The notes below the pieces were generated by a model. It was not told the DNA's origin. It searched no databases and worked only from the letters and a program-made list of their open reading frames with translations. From the NCBI RefSeq assembly GCF_009914755.1, contig NC_060927.1: DNA of 64,000 nt; one strand, given 5' to 3'. Positions 45,617 through 59,779 of the stretch are shown here, one piece after another. Numbering within the stretch: position 1 is the first letter of the stretch; every line of letters begins with the position of its first letter. The stretch comes from the human T2T-CHM13v2.0 reference genome, Homo sapiens. Position numbers and translations under genes: made by a program.

Positions 45617-48425
45617 CTTCTCTCTTCTTTATTAATCTAGCTAGTGGCCTATCATTAATTTTTTTCAAAAAACCAACTCCTTGATTTGTTGACCTTTTGA
45701 ATGTTTTTCTGCGTCTCACTGTCCTTCAGGTTGAGCTCTGATTTTGATTATACATATTCTGCTAGCTTTAAGGTTGGTTTGCTCTTACTTTTCTAGTTCT
45801 TTTAGTTGTGATGTTAGGTTAATTTGAGATCTAACTTTTTGATGTGGGCATTTAGTGCTATAAATTTCTCTTGTAACAATGCCTTAGCTGCATCCCGGAG
45901 ATTCTGGAATGTTGTATCTTTGTTCTCATTTAGTTTCAAAGAACTTCTTGATTTTTGCCTTAATTTCATTATTTACTCCAAAGTTATTCTGGAGCATTTC
46001 CATGTAATTGCATGGTTTTGAGCCATTTTTTTTAGTTTTGATTTCTATTTTTATTGCACTGTGGTCTGAGAGTGTGTCTGGTATGGTTTTGGTTCTTTTG
46101 CATCTGCTGATTGCTTTATGTCCGATTATGTGGTCATTTTTAGAGTATGTGTCATGTGGCAATCAGAAGAATGTATTTTCTATTGTCTTTGGATGGACAG
46201 TTCTGTAGAGGTCTATTAGATACATTTGGTCCAGTGTTGAGTTTAGGTCCTGAATATCTTTGTTAATTTTCTGCTTAGATGATCTGTCTAATACTGTCAG
46301 TGGAGTGTTAAAGTCTCCCACTATTATTGTGTGGGAGCCTAAGTCTCTTTTTAGGTTTCTAAGAACTTGCTTTATGAATCTGGGTGCTCCTGTGTTGAGT
46401 GCATATATATTTAGAATAGTTAGGTATTCTTGTTGAACTGAATGCTTTACATTATGTAATGCCCTTGTCTTTTTTGAGCTTTGTTCGTTTAAAGTCTGTT
46501 TTGTCTGAAATTAGGGTTGCAATGCCTGCATTTTTCTGATTTCCATTTGCTTGTTAGATTTTCCTCCATCCCTTTATTTTGAGCCTATGGATGTCATTGC
46601 ATGTGAGATGGGTTCCTGAAGACGGCGTATCATTGGGTCTTGCTTTTTTATTCAGCATGCCACTCTATGCCTTTTTAAATAGGGCATTTAGGCTATTTAC
46701 ATTCAAGGGTAGTATTGATATGTGTGCATATGATCCTGTCATTGTGTTGTTAGCTGATTATTATGCTGGCTTGTTTGTGTGGTTCCTTTATAGTGTCACT
46801 GGTGTGTGTACTTGAGTGTATTTTCCTAGTGGTGTTTTAATGGTTTTTCTTTTCCATATTTAGTGCTAGCTTCAAGATGTCTTGAAAGGTGGGTCTGGTG
46901 GTAATGAACTCGCTTAGCATTTGCTTATCTGACAAGAATCTTATTTCTCCTTTGCTAAGGAAGCTTAGTTTGGCTGGTTATGAAATTCTTGAAGATTTTT
47001 TTCCTTTAAGAATGTCAAATATAGGTCCCCAATCTCTTCCAGTTTGCAGGGTTTCAGCTGAGAGGTCTGTTGCTAGCCTGATGGGGTTCCCTTTGTTGGT
47101 GATCTGCCCTTTCTCTCTAGCTGCCTTTAACATTCTTTTATTTAGACATTGGAAAATCTGATGATTATGTGTCTTGGGGAGATCTTGTGTAGAATCTTGC
47201 AGGGGTTCTCTGTATTTCCTGAATTTTGACTGTTGGCCTCTCTAGCGAAGCTGGGGAAATTTTCATAGATGATATCCTGAAATATGTTTTCCAAGTTGTT
47301 TGCTTTCTCCCCATCCAATTCAGGGATATCAGTGATTTGCAGATTTGGCTTCTTTATATAATCCCTTATTTCTTAGAGGTTTTATTCATTCCTTTTCATT
47401 CTTTTTTTCTTTACTTTTGTCTGACTCTCTTATTTCAGAGAGCCAGTCTTCAAGTTCCAAGATTCTTTCCTCAGCGTGGTCTATTCTGCTGTTAATACTT
47501 GCAATTGGGTTGTGAAATTCTTGTAGTGTGTTTTTCAGCTCTATCAGGTCAGTTAGATTCTTTTTTGCACTGGCTATTTTATCTGCCAGCTCCTGTATTG
47601 TTTTATTGTTAATTCTTAGTTTCCTTGAATTGGGTTTTGCCATTCTCCTGAATCTCGATGCTCTTCATTCCTGTGCATATTCTGAATTCTATTTCTGTCA
47701 TTTCAGCCAACTCAGCCTGGTTAAGAACCCTCATTGGTGAACTAGTGCAATCGTTAGGAGGACATAAGACACTCTGGCCATTTGAATTGCTGAAGTTCTT
47801 GTGTTAGTTCTTTCTCATCTCTCTGTGTGGGTGTTCCTTTAACTGCTGGGCTGCCTCTAATTGAAGTGGTCAGGTGGGGGTACAGTGGTTGTGCTGGAGT
47901 CCCAGGTCAGGCAGCCCTGTCCAGTGAGGAGAAGTGAGGACCAGGATCTACATGGAGAACCGTCTGACCACTTTTCGGTGAGATGGGTACTGTGCTTGGG
48001 GTTCAGACCAGGCTTCAGTCCCATGGACTCTCCAGAGCCTGGAAACAGCAAAGGTGAGGGCTGCAAGGCAGAAAAGATGGAAACACCACCCTCCCAGTGG
48101 GAGCTCTGTCCCAGGTTGCTGCAGAGCTGCTACTGGCTCCAAAGTCCCAGTGAAGGGAGGCTGGAAACCCAAGCCTGGAGGACTTTCCCAGTGAGGAGAT
48201 ATGGGAGTGGAGACCCATGTAAGAAACAGTCTGGCCACTTTTCCATGACTACTCCAGTAAACTAGGGGCCTGCTCTGGTCCCCAGTCACCTCGGATTTTC
48301 CAGCACCACTTCCCTGGGTGGGGGAGGCTCCTCTGGCCCTGTGTCGTTCCTGAGTGGGTGGTTGTCCTGCTTTGCTTTTTTCCATTCTCTGTGAGTAGAG
48401 TTGTTTTCTTTTTTTTTTTTTTTTT

Positions 48426-49050
48426 GTTTTAAATTTTTTTATTGATACATAATAGATGTACCTATTTTGGGGAGTACATATGATAACTTAATACATTCAT
48501 AGAATTCACAAAGATCAAATCAGTGTAATTGGGATATTCATCACCTTGAATACTTTTCTTTATGCTAAAACATTTGCTTTATTCCCTTCTAGCTATTTCA
48601 AAATATACAACAGATTATTGTAAACCATAGTCACCTTACTGATCTATCAAACACCAGGTCTTATTTCTTCTATCAAACTGTATATTTGTACCCATTAATC
48701 AACCTCTCTTCATCCCCCCACCTCCTCCCCTTTCAGCCTCCAGTAACCACCAGTCTATTCTCTAACTTCATGAGATTTACGTTTTTAGCTCCCAAATATG
48801 AGTGAGAACATGTGATATTTGCTTATCCATGCTTGGCTTATTTCACAACACAGTGACTTCCAGTTCCATGCCTGTTGCTGCAAATGACAGGATCTCATTC
48901 TTTTTCATTGCTGAATAATATTCCATTGTGTATACATCACCTTTTCTTTATTCACTCATCCATTGATGGATACTTAGATTGATTCTATATTTTAGCTATT
49001 GTGAATAGTGCTGCGATAAAGATGGGAGTGCAGATATCTTTTCCATATAT
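48426..49050 (-). mobile_element. L1MA-like 3' end (inside the transduced segment)
   Basis: L1MA 3'UTR motifs; supplies the terminal AATAAA of the cassette. Confidence 0.8.
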
Positions 49051-49164
49051 TGAAACTTATAGATGTTATCCTAAAAAGTTAAAAGCCTCCCCTCAGTCTG
49101 AACTGCTTTGACATCTGGAACTTCCTTTTTCAAACCCAAAGCTGCCTGTCATAATCCCAACTGA

Positions 49165-49536
<372 letters not shown>

Positions 49537-49807
49537 ATACTCGCACATTCTTAAGTCCCTACTCTTTCCTGGCATTCCTCCCTTACCTAGAATGGGTTTC
49601 TCATCACCAAAAGCATCCTACCCACTGTTCAAGGTCAAATTCAAATGTCAACTCCTGGGTGTCCCCAGCCAGAAATGATTCCCTTCTCATTTGTTCTTCT
49701 AAGATAACTATTTTCTTGCCATTTAATTATTCTTCACTCAGTAAACATCTATTGAGCACCAAATATGTGCCAGGTTCACTTATCCATCCTCTCACTCCGT
49801 ATGCTAT

Positions 49808-50113
<306 letters not shown>

Positions 50114-50737
50114 CACTCCATATGCTACTATAATTATTTGGTGCTTATATGAGGGGAGGAGATGAATTTTTCTTTCTTTCTTTCTTTCTTCCTTCCTTTC
50201 TTTCTTTCTTTTTTTTTTTTTTTTTTTAAGATTTTTAAATTTTTGTTTATTCACATTGAGGAGAATCTAAATTCTTTTGAACTTATGTATAGATTTCACC
50301 ATTTTATAGTAATAAATCAGTCCTCCTGTGTGTGTGTGTATGTGTGTGTGTGTGTATGTAAACCTCACCTTGCAATATTATTATTTTAAATAGCCACTTG
50401 CATCTTAAGGAAATTAAGAGGACAAAAGAAAAGCTGCTGTTTTGTATGTATCCACATATTTACCAGCTGCTTCCCTGCCGGCAGGTGCTCTGGTTCTGCA
50501 CTGCCTGTTGTCTCTTGCCTGAAAATGGTTGCCTCCAATATTTTGCTCAGTTTTCTGATTGTTTACAGTGGCAGAGGAGGGTAGATCTGGTACCAGTTAG
50601 TAATTGCCAGAGGTGGAAGTCTGTGGATGAAATTTGTATAACATGGAACATTAGTTCCACAGTTAATGCTACTCAATTGGAACCCATGGAAATTATTTTT
50701 TGGTGAAAAGGGCCCATGCGTTATGAAATTTGAGATC

Positions 50738-53360
50738 CAGAACAAAATGAAAAGTCTCTCATGTCTACTTCTTTCTACACAGACACCGCAACCATCCGAT
50801 TTCTCAATCTTTTCCCCACCTTTCCCGCCTTTCTATTCCACAAAGCCGACATTGTCATCCTGGCCCGTTCTCAATGAGCTGTTGGGCACACCTCCCAGAC
50901 GGGGTGGTGGCCGGGCAGAGGGGCTCCTCACTTCCCAGTAGGGGCGGCCGGGCAGAGGCGCCCCTCACCTCCCGGACGGGGCGGCTGGCCGGGCAGGGGG
51001 GCTGACCCCCTCCACCTCCCTCCCGGAGGGGGCGGCTGGCCGGGCGGGGGGCTGACCCCCCCACCTCCCTCCCGGACGGGGCGGCTGGCCGGGCAGAGGG
51101 GCTCCTCACTTCCCAGTAGGGGCGGCCGGGCAGAGGCGCCCCTCACCTCCCGGACGGGGCGGCTGGCCGGGCGGGGGGGCTGACCCCCCCCATCTCCCTC
51201 CCGGACGGGGTGGCTGGCCGGGCAGGGGGCCGACCCCCCCACCTCCCTCCCGGACGGGGCGGCTGGCCGGGCGGGGGGCTGACCCCCCCACCTCCCTCCC
51301 GGACGGGGCGGCTGGCCGGGCAGAGAGGCTCCTCACTTCCCAGTAGGGGCGGCCGGGCAGAGGCGCCCCTCACCTCCCGGACGGGGCGGCTGGCCGACAC
51401 CCCCACCTCCCTCCCGGACGGGGTGGCTGGCCGGGCGGGGGGCCGACCCCCCCACCTCCCTCCCGGACGGGGCGGCTGGCCGGGCGGGGGGCCGACCCCC
51501 CCCACCTCCCTCCCGGACGGGGCGGCTGGCCGGGCGGGGGGCCGACACCCCCACCTCCCTCCCGGACGGGGCGGCTGGCCGGGCGGGGGGCTGACCCCCC
51601 CACCTCCCTCCCGGACGGGGCGGCTGGCCGGGCAGAGGGGCTCCTCACTTCCCAGTAGGGGCGGCCGGGCAGAGGCGCCCCTCACCTCCCGGACGGGGTG
51701 GCTGGCCGGGCAGGGGGGCTGACCCCCCCCACCTCCCGGACGGGGCGGCTGGCCGGGCGGGGGGCTGACCCCCCCACCTCCCTCCCGGACGGGGCGGCTG
51801 GCCGGGCGGGGGGCCGACCCCCCCACCTCCCTCCCGGATGGGGCGGCTGGCCGGGCAGAGGGGCTCCTCACTTCCCAGTAGGGGCGGCCGGGCAGAGGCG
51901 CCCGTCACCTCCCAGATGGGGCGGCTGGCCGGGCGGAGGGCTCACCCCCCCACCTCCCTCCCGGACAGGGCGGCTGGCCGGGCGGGGGGCTGACCCCCCC
52001 CACCTCCCTCCCGGACGGGGCGGCTGGCCGGGCAGAGGGGCTCCTCACTTCCCAGTAGGGGCGGCCGGGCAGAGGCGCCCCTCACCTCCCAGACGGGGCG
52101 GCTGGCCGGGCGGAGGGCTGACCCCCCCACCTCCCTCCCGGACGGGGCGGCTGGCCATGCGGGGGGCTGACCCCCCCACCTCCCTCCCGGACGGGGCGGC
52201 TGGCCGGGTGGGGGTGCTGACCCCCCCCATCTCCCTCCCGGACGGGGTGGCTGGCCGGGCTGAGGGGCTCCTCACTTCCCAGTAGGGGCGGCCGGGCAGA
52301 GGCGCCCCTCACCTCCCGGACGGGGCGGCTGGCCGGGCGGGGGGCTGACCCCCCCACCTCCCTCCCGGACGGCACGGCTGGCCAGGCCGGGGGCTGAACC
52401 CCCCACCTCCCTCCCGGATGGGGCGGCTGGTCGGGCGGGGGGCTGACCCCCCCCCACCTCCCTCCCGGACGGGGTGGCTGCTGGGCGGAGACGCTCCTCA
52501 CTTCCCAGATGGGGTGGCTGCCGGGCGGAGAGGCTCCTCACTTCTCAGACGGGGCAGCTGCCGGGCGGAGGGGCTCCTCACTTCTCAGACGGGGCGGTTG
52601 CCAGGCAGAGGGTCTCCTCACTTCTCAGACGGGGCGGCCGGGCAGAGACGCTCCTCACCTCCCAGACGGGGTCTCGGCCGGGCAGAGGCGCTCCTCACAT
52701 CCCAGATGGGGCGGCGGGGCAGAGGCGCTCCCCACATCTCAGACGATGGGCGGCCGGGCAGAGACGCTCCTCACTTCCTAGATGTGATGGCAGCTGGGAA
52801 GAGGCGCTCCTCACTTCCTAGATGGGATGGCGGCCGGGCGGAGACGCTCCTCACTTTCCAGACTGGGCAGCCAGGCAGAGGGGCTCCTCACATCCCAGAC
52901 GATGGGCGGCCAGGCAGAGACACTCTTCACTTCCCAGACGGGGTGGCGGCTGGGCAGAGGCTGCAATCTCGGCACTTTGGGAGGCCAAGGCAGGCGGCTG
53001 GGAGGTGTAGGTTGTAGCGAGCCAAGATCACGCCACTGCACTCCAGCCTGGGCACCATTGAGCACTGAGTGAACGAGACTCCGTCTGCAATCCCGGCACC
53101 TCGGGAGGCTGAGGTTGGCGGATCACTCGCGGTTAGGGGCTGGAGACCGGCCCGGCCAACACAGCGAAACCCCGTCTCCACCAAAACCAGTCAGGCGTGG
53201 CGGCGCGTGCCTGCAATCGCAGGCATTCGGCAGACTGAGGCAGGAGAATCAGGCAGGGAGGTTGCAGTGAGCCGAGATGGCAGCAGTACAGTCCAGCTTC
53301 GGCTCCGCATGAGAGGGAGACCGTGGGGAGAGGGAGAGGGAGAGGGAGAGGGAGAGGGAG
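50738..53360 (-). mobile_element. SVA body: (CCCTCT)~6, Alu-like domain, ~2-kb GC-rich VNTR, SINE-R truncated after ~150 nt
   Basis: Hexamer 53326-53360, Alu-like about 52958-53325, VNTR about 50890-52950, SINE-R ending GAGACTTTTCATTTTGTTCTG. CpG-rich, hence young (D-F class, possibly SVA_E; subfamily unverified). Confidence 0.97.
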
Positions 53361-53406
53361 CCTTGGGATCCTGTTGATCTGTGACCTTACCCCCAACCCT
53401 GTGCTC
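53360..53406 (+). mobile_element. 47-bp SINE-R fragment in opposite orientation, abutting the hexamer
   Basis: GCCTTGGGATCCTGTTGATCTGTGACCTTACCCCCAACCCTGTGCTC matches SVA SINE-R/HERV-K LTR5 sense sequence as I recall it. Confidence 0.9.
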
Positions 53407-53593
53407 CCTTCTTTCTTTCTTTCTTTTTCTTTCTTTCCTTCCTTCCTTCTTTCTTTCTTTCTCTCTTTCCTTTCTTCCTTCCTTCCTTCCTTCCTTCTTT
53501 CTTTCCTTCTTTCCTTCTCTCTCTCTCTCATTCTTTCTTTCTTCCTCTTTCTTTCTCAGAGTCTTGCTCTGTTGCCCAGGCTGGAATGCAGTC
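53407..53593 (-). repeat. Alu 3' terminus with (GAAA/GGAA)n tail; 5' part of the cassette
   Basis: CT-rich microsatellite, then CAGAGTCTTGCTCTGTTGCCCAGGCTGGAATGCAGT cut off at the TSD. Confidence 0.88.
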
Positions 53594-53899
53594 GAGTTGT
53601 TTTCTTGATGAATCCGTTTGTGTACCTGGGTGTTCCAGTTGAAGTGCTGTATTTACTTGCCCCTTCTATTTCTTTCCATGAAGGCGGCACACACTAGCTG
53701 TTTTTAGTTGGTCACCTTGGCCAACCCCCCTGAATTGTATATTTTAAATAAGGGAATTGTATGGTGTGTGAATTATAACTTAATAAGACTGTTATAAAAT
53801 AAAAAGAAACTATCATAGAATAACAGTGTCCTTTCATATGTAGCATATCTGTATTGATGGGTGAAATAAAGCCTAGTAAAAGAGCCAGGGCTGGCAGTT

Positions 53900-54670
53900 C
53901 GTTCATTTATTCATTCAGCATATATTTAATAAGCATGTGTTATGACCAGATGTCATTCTAGGCACCAGAGATAAAACAAAGAACAACCAGATAAAAATTC
54001 CTTCGTATAGGGAGTATACCTCTGGGTGGGGTGGGGGAGGTAAAAGACAATGTTAGTAAGAAAAAAATACTGTGTTAGAATGTGTATTGTACTTTAGAAA
54101 AATAATGAGAACAAGGAAGTTTTAAAAAGTTAGGGAGTTACAATTTTAAGTACAGTGGTCAGATCAGGCATCACTGTGAAGATGACATTTAAGTAAAACT
54201 CTTAAAATCGGTGAGGGAGTGAGGTGTTAGGTATTTGAATCTGAGAACAGGCAGCGGGAATCAAAGGCCCTGTTAGGAAATGTGCTCAGCATGTTTGAGG
54301 CCACAGTAGACAAGTAAAAGATGAAGTCAGATGAGTAATGGGAAGCTGAATGCTAGAGCATCTTGGAGATAAGGATAGTTGGTAGAGTGAGATGAAACTT
54401 TCACTTTAATAAGATCATACTGACCACTGAATTCAGAGTAGATTGAAGGGGGAAAACAGCAAAAACAAAGGTAAGAAATTTATTGCCGTAATTGAGGTAA
54501 AAGTTGGAACCTGAAATAGAGTGGTAGTAGTAGAGCTGTTAAGATGTAGTCAGATTCTGGTACATGTACATATATATTCGAAGAATTGGCAGCTGAATAT
54601 GAAGCTTGAGAAAAAGAGAGGAGTCAAAGATACACTAAAATTTCTGGACTGAGCAACTTAAAAGATGAAC
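53900..54670 (-). mobile_element. LINE-2 fragment
   Basis: TTCATTTATTCATTCAGCATATATTTA tail and downstream L2 motifs. Confidence 0.7.
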
Positions 54671-54805
54671 TTATTACATGTGAAGTGCTTAGATTATAAT
54701 AAATACTGAGAAAACACTTATCTTGCTGGATCCACTTTAATATGTCCTATAATACTAGAAAAATCAGTGATATGTTCAAAGTACCGGGCAGTATATAATT
54801 TACAT

Positions 54806-55077
54806 TTCTTTTTCCTTGCTCTGTCACCGAGGCTAGAGTGCAGTGGCATGATCCTAGCTCACTGCAGCCTCAAGTTCCTGGTCTCAAGCAATCCTCCACC
54901 TCAGCCTCCCAAGTAGCTAAAACTACAGGCATGTGCCACCACACCCAACTAATTTTTTAAATTGTTGGTAAAGATGGGGGTCTCACTACCTTTCTGGTCT
55001 GGAACTCCCAGCCTCAAGCAATCCTCCCACGTCAACCTCCCAAACTGTTGAGAAGACATATGTGAGCCCCCATGCCT
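54806..55077 (-). mobile_element. AluJ-like element
   Basis: Diverged reverse Alu dimer. Confidence 0.88.
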
Positions 55078-56070
55078 GTTATTTGCTACGTTTTAAACTG
55101 ACAGCCTCTGCATAGAATTTTATTCTGGTAATTTTAATCAAACAATACATACAAATGACTGTAACACATTACTGCACGAAGTATCACACATATGGTACAC
55201 TTCATTTGGGTGTTGTAGATAACAGCGATGGCAGTAGTAAACAGAATGCCCTCAGGGATTCTGCTGAAGCAAACTGGCATTCCCTCTTTTTCTGTATAGC
55301 CCCCAAAAGAGCATCTTCAGTGTTGAATATACACTAGTCTTCACAGTAGAGTTTAACCCAAAGGAAGTGTAACCATAGTATCTATAAAAAGAGTTTCTAT
55401 CCTTCCCCATTACCTGCCTTCCCTAATCCTAGAGGGCTGTCCAGAGCAGGCAGATCTCAGATGGGGCTCTGAAGGCAGGATAATGTGATTGTGAGAAAGA
55501 GCAGGAGAGAATACAAATGTGAAGGCAAGCCAATAATCAATAACAGCCTGAGGAACGTCAGGTTTTCTGAAAACACCAACATCAGATTTCCTAAGACAGT
55601 TGCAAACTTAGTTAGCTATATTATCTGCCATAACTGATATATACATTTAAAAAAAATAAAGTACAATTAAAAACATTTTCAAGACATAATAACTGCAAAG
55701 GCTAGAGAACTTTGTAACTGTTGCATGAAATATTTAAACTTGAAATCTTATGTTGACCCATATATAATACCATGAAAATATATTTTATGTTAACAAATGA
55801 ATCAAAAAATATCAGCACATTGGTTACTATCATAGAAATATTTTTGATTGACAGTGTTGGCTATTTCTGAGATTGTAGGGTTGCAAAATATATTTATTTA
55901 GATTTTCCTTCAATACTGTTTTGTGTTCTTGAATGAATTGAAAAAGACCCTCAGTAGTGTCAGTAGCCATCACTTACCACAATAAGTTGGTATAATGACA
56001 ACTATATTTGCTGTAAACATTTTTGCACAGTTGAACTCAAGTGCCTATATTTATTCTAACTCAAGAAAGT

Positions 56071-56447
<377 letters not shown>

Positions 56448-58324
56448 TCATTCTTCTCTCTTATGTGATCTAAAATTATTTAAATAACCAATTTCCCAGA
56501 GCCTTAAACAATATGTGGTCTTGCTTTCATAGTTCTCATCTTGTCAATAGCCTTGCATCGTAGATATATGAACAGCTACTCTGTTCAAGTGCTAAAGGAT
56601 GTAGGATAAGCCTGGTCTTCTGCTAAATTCTCCTGACAATATTATTGTGTGGTCCTAAGACTAATTCCTTGCTCCTATTATAGGAATCTGGCATTGATTT
56701 TTTAGCATCTGCAATTCTGTTAAGAGAAATTTACATATATAGTATAGTACAACATAATTTATAGTGATTCAGAGCCAATTAACATTTACTAAGTACCAGA
56801 CACTATACTAGGTATTTTACCTCTTCTCTCCTTTTACATACTGAGAGTGGACACTAAACCTTATGTTTCTCTTAAGAATATAACAATGTCATCTATGAAA
56901 GCAGAGTCCACAGTAGAAGCCCAGAAAAAATTTTCTCAGATGAAAATAATTAATGCTTTCCTATGGATGATATAAAGCATAGCTCAGTTGCCTAAGCAAT
57001 AAACTATGTAGTCAAACACGCTATAAGCTACACATGGTTAACTGGATCAAATCAAACTCCTTATCTAAATCTCCATACACTAAAAAATGAATACAAAACA
57101 TTAAAATATAGCATAATTATTTTGTGACCTACACAGTATCTAGGAAGCTAATAAATACATTAGTATTTATCAACAGTGAAGGATAGAGCCACTGTACAGC
57201 ACAGGACAGCACAAACACATATGTAGTCTCTTCTCAGCACTCCTAATATGCCAAAAAAATTAAAAACATAGAAAACATTAAAATCATTAAGATGCTCTTC
57301 AGGTTTATCTAACAGCTTGGAATAAACTCTATCCTGTAATGTGAATTGCCTCTTCAGGTTAACACCATCTTAACAGATTAAGTGTTTAAATTCTCTTTCT
57401 CTGCAAAATTGGTAACACTTTGTTCGTCAGCACCTTTGTTCTACAAATTGACACCAAACTACAAATATTCTTCTGCGTGTTAATTATATTATACATACAA
57501 ACATTATACATACTCATTTGTATGGAAATAAAAGCATATCTAAAGATAGGAATGTAAACTGAAACTTCATTAATAAAATCTTACTAAGTTTAATAGTATC
57601 AGAGTTTTAAAATGTTTGCCAGATACAGGAACCAAAATTTGGAACCCAATATAAAAATAACAAATAGGAACCTAGCCAATTGTAGTACTGGAAACAAAAC
57701 AGATTCTATAAAATTACTGTACGGTTAAGAAGGCAAACAATCTAAGGAATTCACACTCTATTTTCAAAGCCGAAAACATTCTATGCAGGAAAAAAATAAC
57801 CGGTTACAGAAATTTGGACTCTGCTAGAAAGGAATTATCTAGTCAGCCCTACGTTTCATTTGCAAACTCATATAATCTGATGTAAGAATGAAAAAATGGC
57901 AAATATTTGCAAAAATGATGTGGTTAAAAAATGCAGCAAATATTTTTTATACTATTGGTGTTAATTCTAAAAATAATCCATCATATAGCAATGATAATCT
58001 TGTTAAATGGGAATATTTTCCAGGCTCAGCTGTTTACAAGTCTTAAGTGCACTGTCATCAGATTCTAAGGGGTGGCAGACAATGAATGAACATGTGTTTA
58101 TGAGTTCCGATTAGGAACTATATTAATATCTACATTATTTCACATGAAATTTTAAACTATTTACTATTTCTCCCGTCCAAAATAAAGGCAAACTTTATAG
58201 ACTGAGCACTACAAAATTTCGAGTTGGTGAAATCTAAAGTAGTAAGATTCAGTATTATGTTTTAAGTGACAATTTCATGTTCTCCAAAAAGAATACCAGG
58301 ATCACCACTTTCCAATCATGCATG

Positions 58325-58349
58325 CACACACACACACACACACACACAC
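58325..58349. repeat. (CA)n microsatellite
   Basis: Perfect CA run. Confidence 0.95.
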
Positions 58350-58627
58350 CCCAATTATGGTACATATGAATAAATGCTGTCTTGAAGGACTTGAAGCTTT
58401 CAATGCAAATGTATATATTTCTTTTGAGTTCACTGTTTTATAACTACAACTTAAAAAATTCGTCACCCAGAACCATTCTACAAATGTCCAGTTCCTCCTA
58501 GAAACTGGTCATTGTTGAACAGATTCAAAAACAGAAATTTAGATCATCTATAAAATTCATTTTATTTTTCAATTCCAATGACAACCACTGTTTTTAAATC
58601 TACTTTTCAGAATAAAATGTCAGTAGC

Positions 58628-58628
<1 letters not shown>

Positions 58629-58673
<45 letters not shown>

Positions 58674-58963
58674 TTGGGATAGAGTTTCATTCTTGTTGCC
58701 CAGGTTGGAGTGCAGTAATGCAGTCTTGGCTCACTGCAACCTTCGCCTCCCGGGTACAAATAAACGATTCTCCTGCCTCAGCCCCCTGAGTAGCTGGGAT
58801 TACAGGCACCCACCACCACGCCCGGCTAATTTTTTATATTTTTAGTAAAGACAGGTTTTCATCATGTTGGCCAGGCTTGTCTCGAACTACTGACCTCAGA
58901 TGACCCACCCGCTTCGGCCTCCCAAAGTGCTGGGATTACAAATGTGAACCACCGCACCTGGCC
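58629..58963 (-). mobile_element. Alu (AluS-like) with (TAT)n tail
   Basis: Trinucleotide tail followed by the reverse dimer. Confidence 0.95.
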
Positions 58964-59779
58964 ACATTCATTATTATACTAAATTAAAAGATCCAAGTTA
59001 CCTGAGTCTGGACCTTACTGTGGTAGGTTCTGCCTCACTCAGTAACACCAGCAGTAACTCAGGAGTTTCTATAGAACTTCTAAACAGGGGTTGCCAGTAT
59101 AAAAGTCCAAGATACCACAAAGGTCCACATACACGTTCAAATTTTCAGAAAGTCTGGCCGTGGTAGATGAAAACTGATTAACAGTATTTATTATAGTTCA
59201 CTGTGTGGCGAATAGACTGTTAGAGAGAATACCTATTATGAGGACTATAGATGTGGTTGTTTGTATAAGGAAGTATTTAGTGGCTGCTTCTGTGGAACAG
59301 TTGAAATTTGTTGAGATTACGCTACTTTAGAGTAGAAATTATTAGTCCTCTCATAGTTGTTGGAAGTCTTGATTCATATTTCTATATATCAAATTGCTTG
59401 AGGAAATGGGAACTTTTCCTTTCACTATCTTTCAAAAATGAGGTTTATAGGTGAAAATGGAAAGAGATAACTGGTAATGAAAAAAGCTGAAAACTATTGC
59501 TCAAAGATCATTAAAAATAGCAGAGGGGGGAAAAAGCTTTATTAAAAATTTAATGAAAACTAGAAATGAAAGTGGAAGAGGACTCCAGGTAGAGAGCCCA
59601 AGATACAACCCGGGCATTACTGTAGCTCAGAGCTTTACCCAAGAGGCCTTCCTAATGCTCAAAGACTCTTCCTAGAGCTTAAATTCCACCAAGATAAACT
59701 CTAATTCATCGAAATGTTCCCTATAGAAGATATGTCTGACTCTACAGTCTTTACAAACTGGCATAATTCTAGTTACATT

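Noticed and set aside
50890-52950. Regular repeat array superficially like a CRISPR array
   Set aside because: No unique spacers, eukaryotic context; it is the SVA VNTR.
50228-53360. Gibbon LAVA element
   Set aside because: A real SINE-R segment follows the VNTR and no Alu lies within the first tail, so this is an SVA with transduced flank.
50855-53697. Many overlapping Pro/Gly/Arg-rich ORFs up to 242 aa
   Set aside because: They arise from the stop-poor SVA VNTR and the adjacent microsatellite; no gene evidence.
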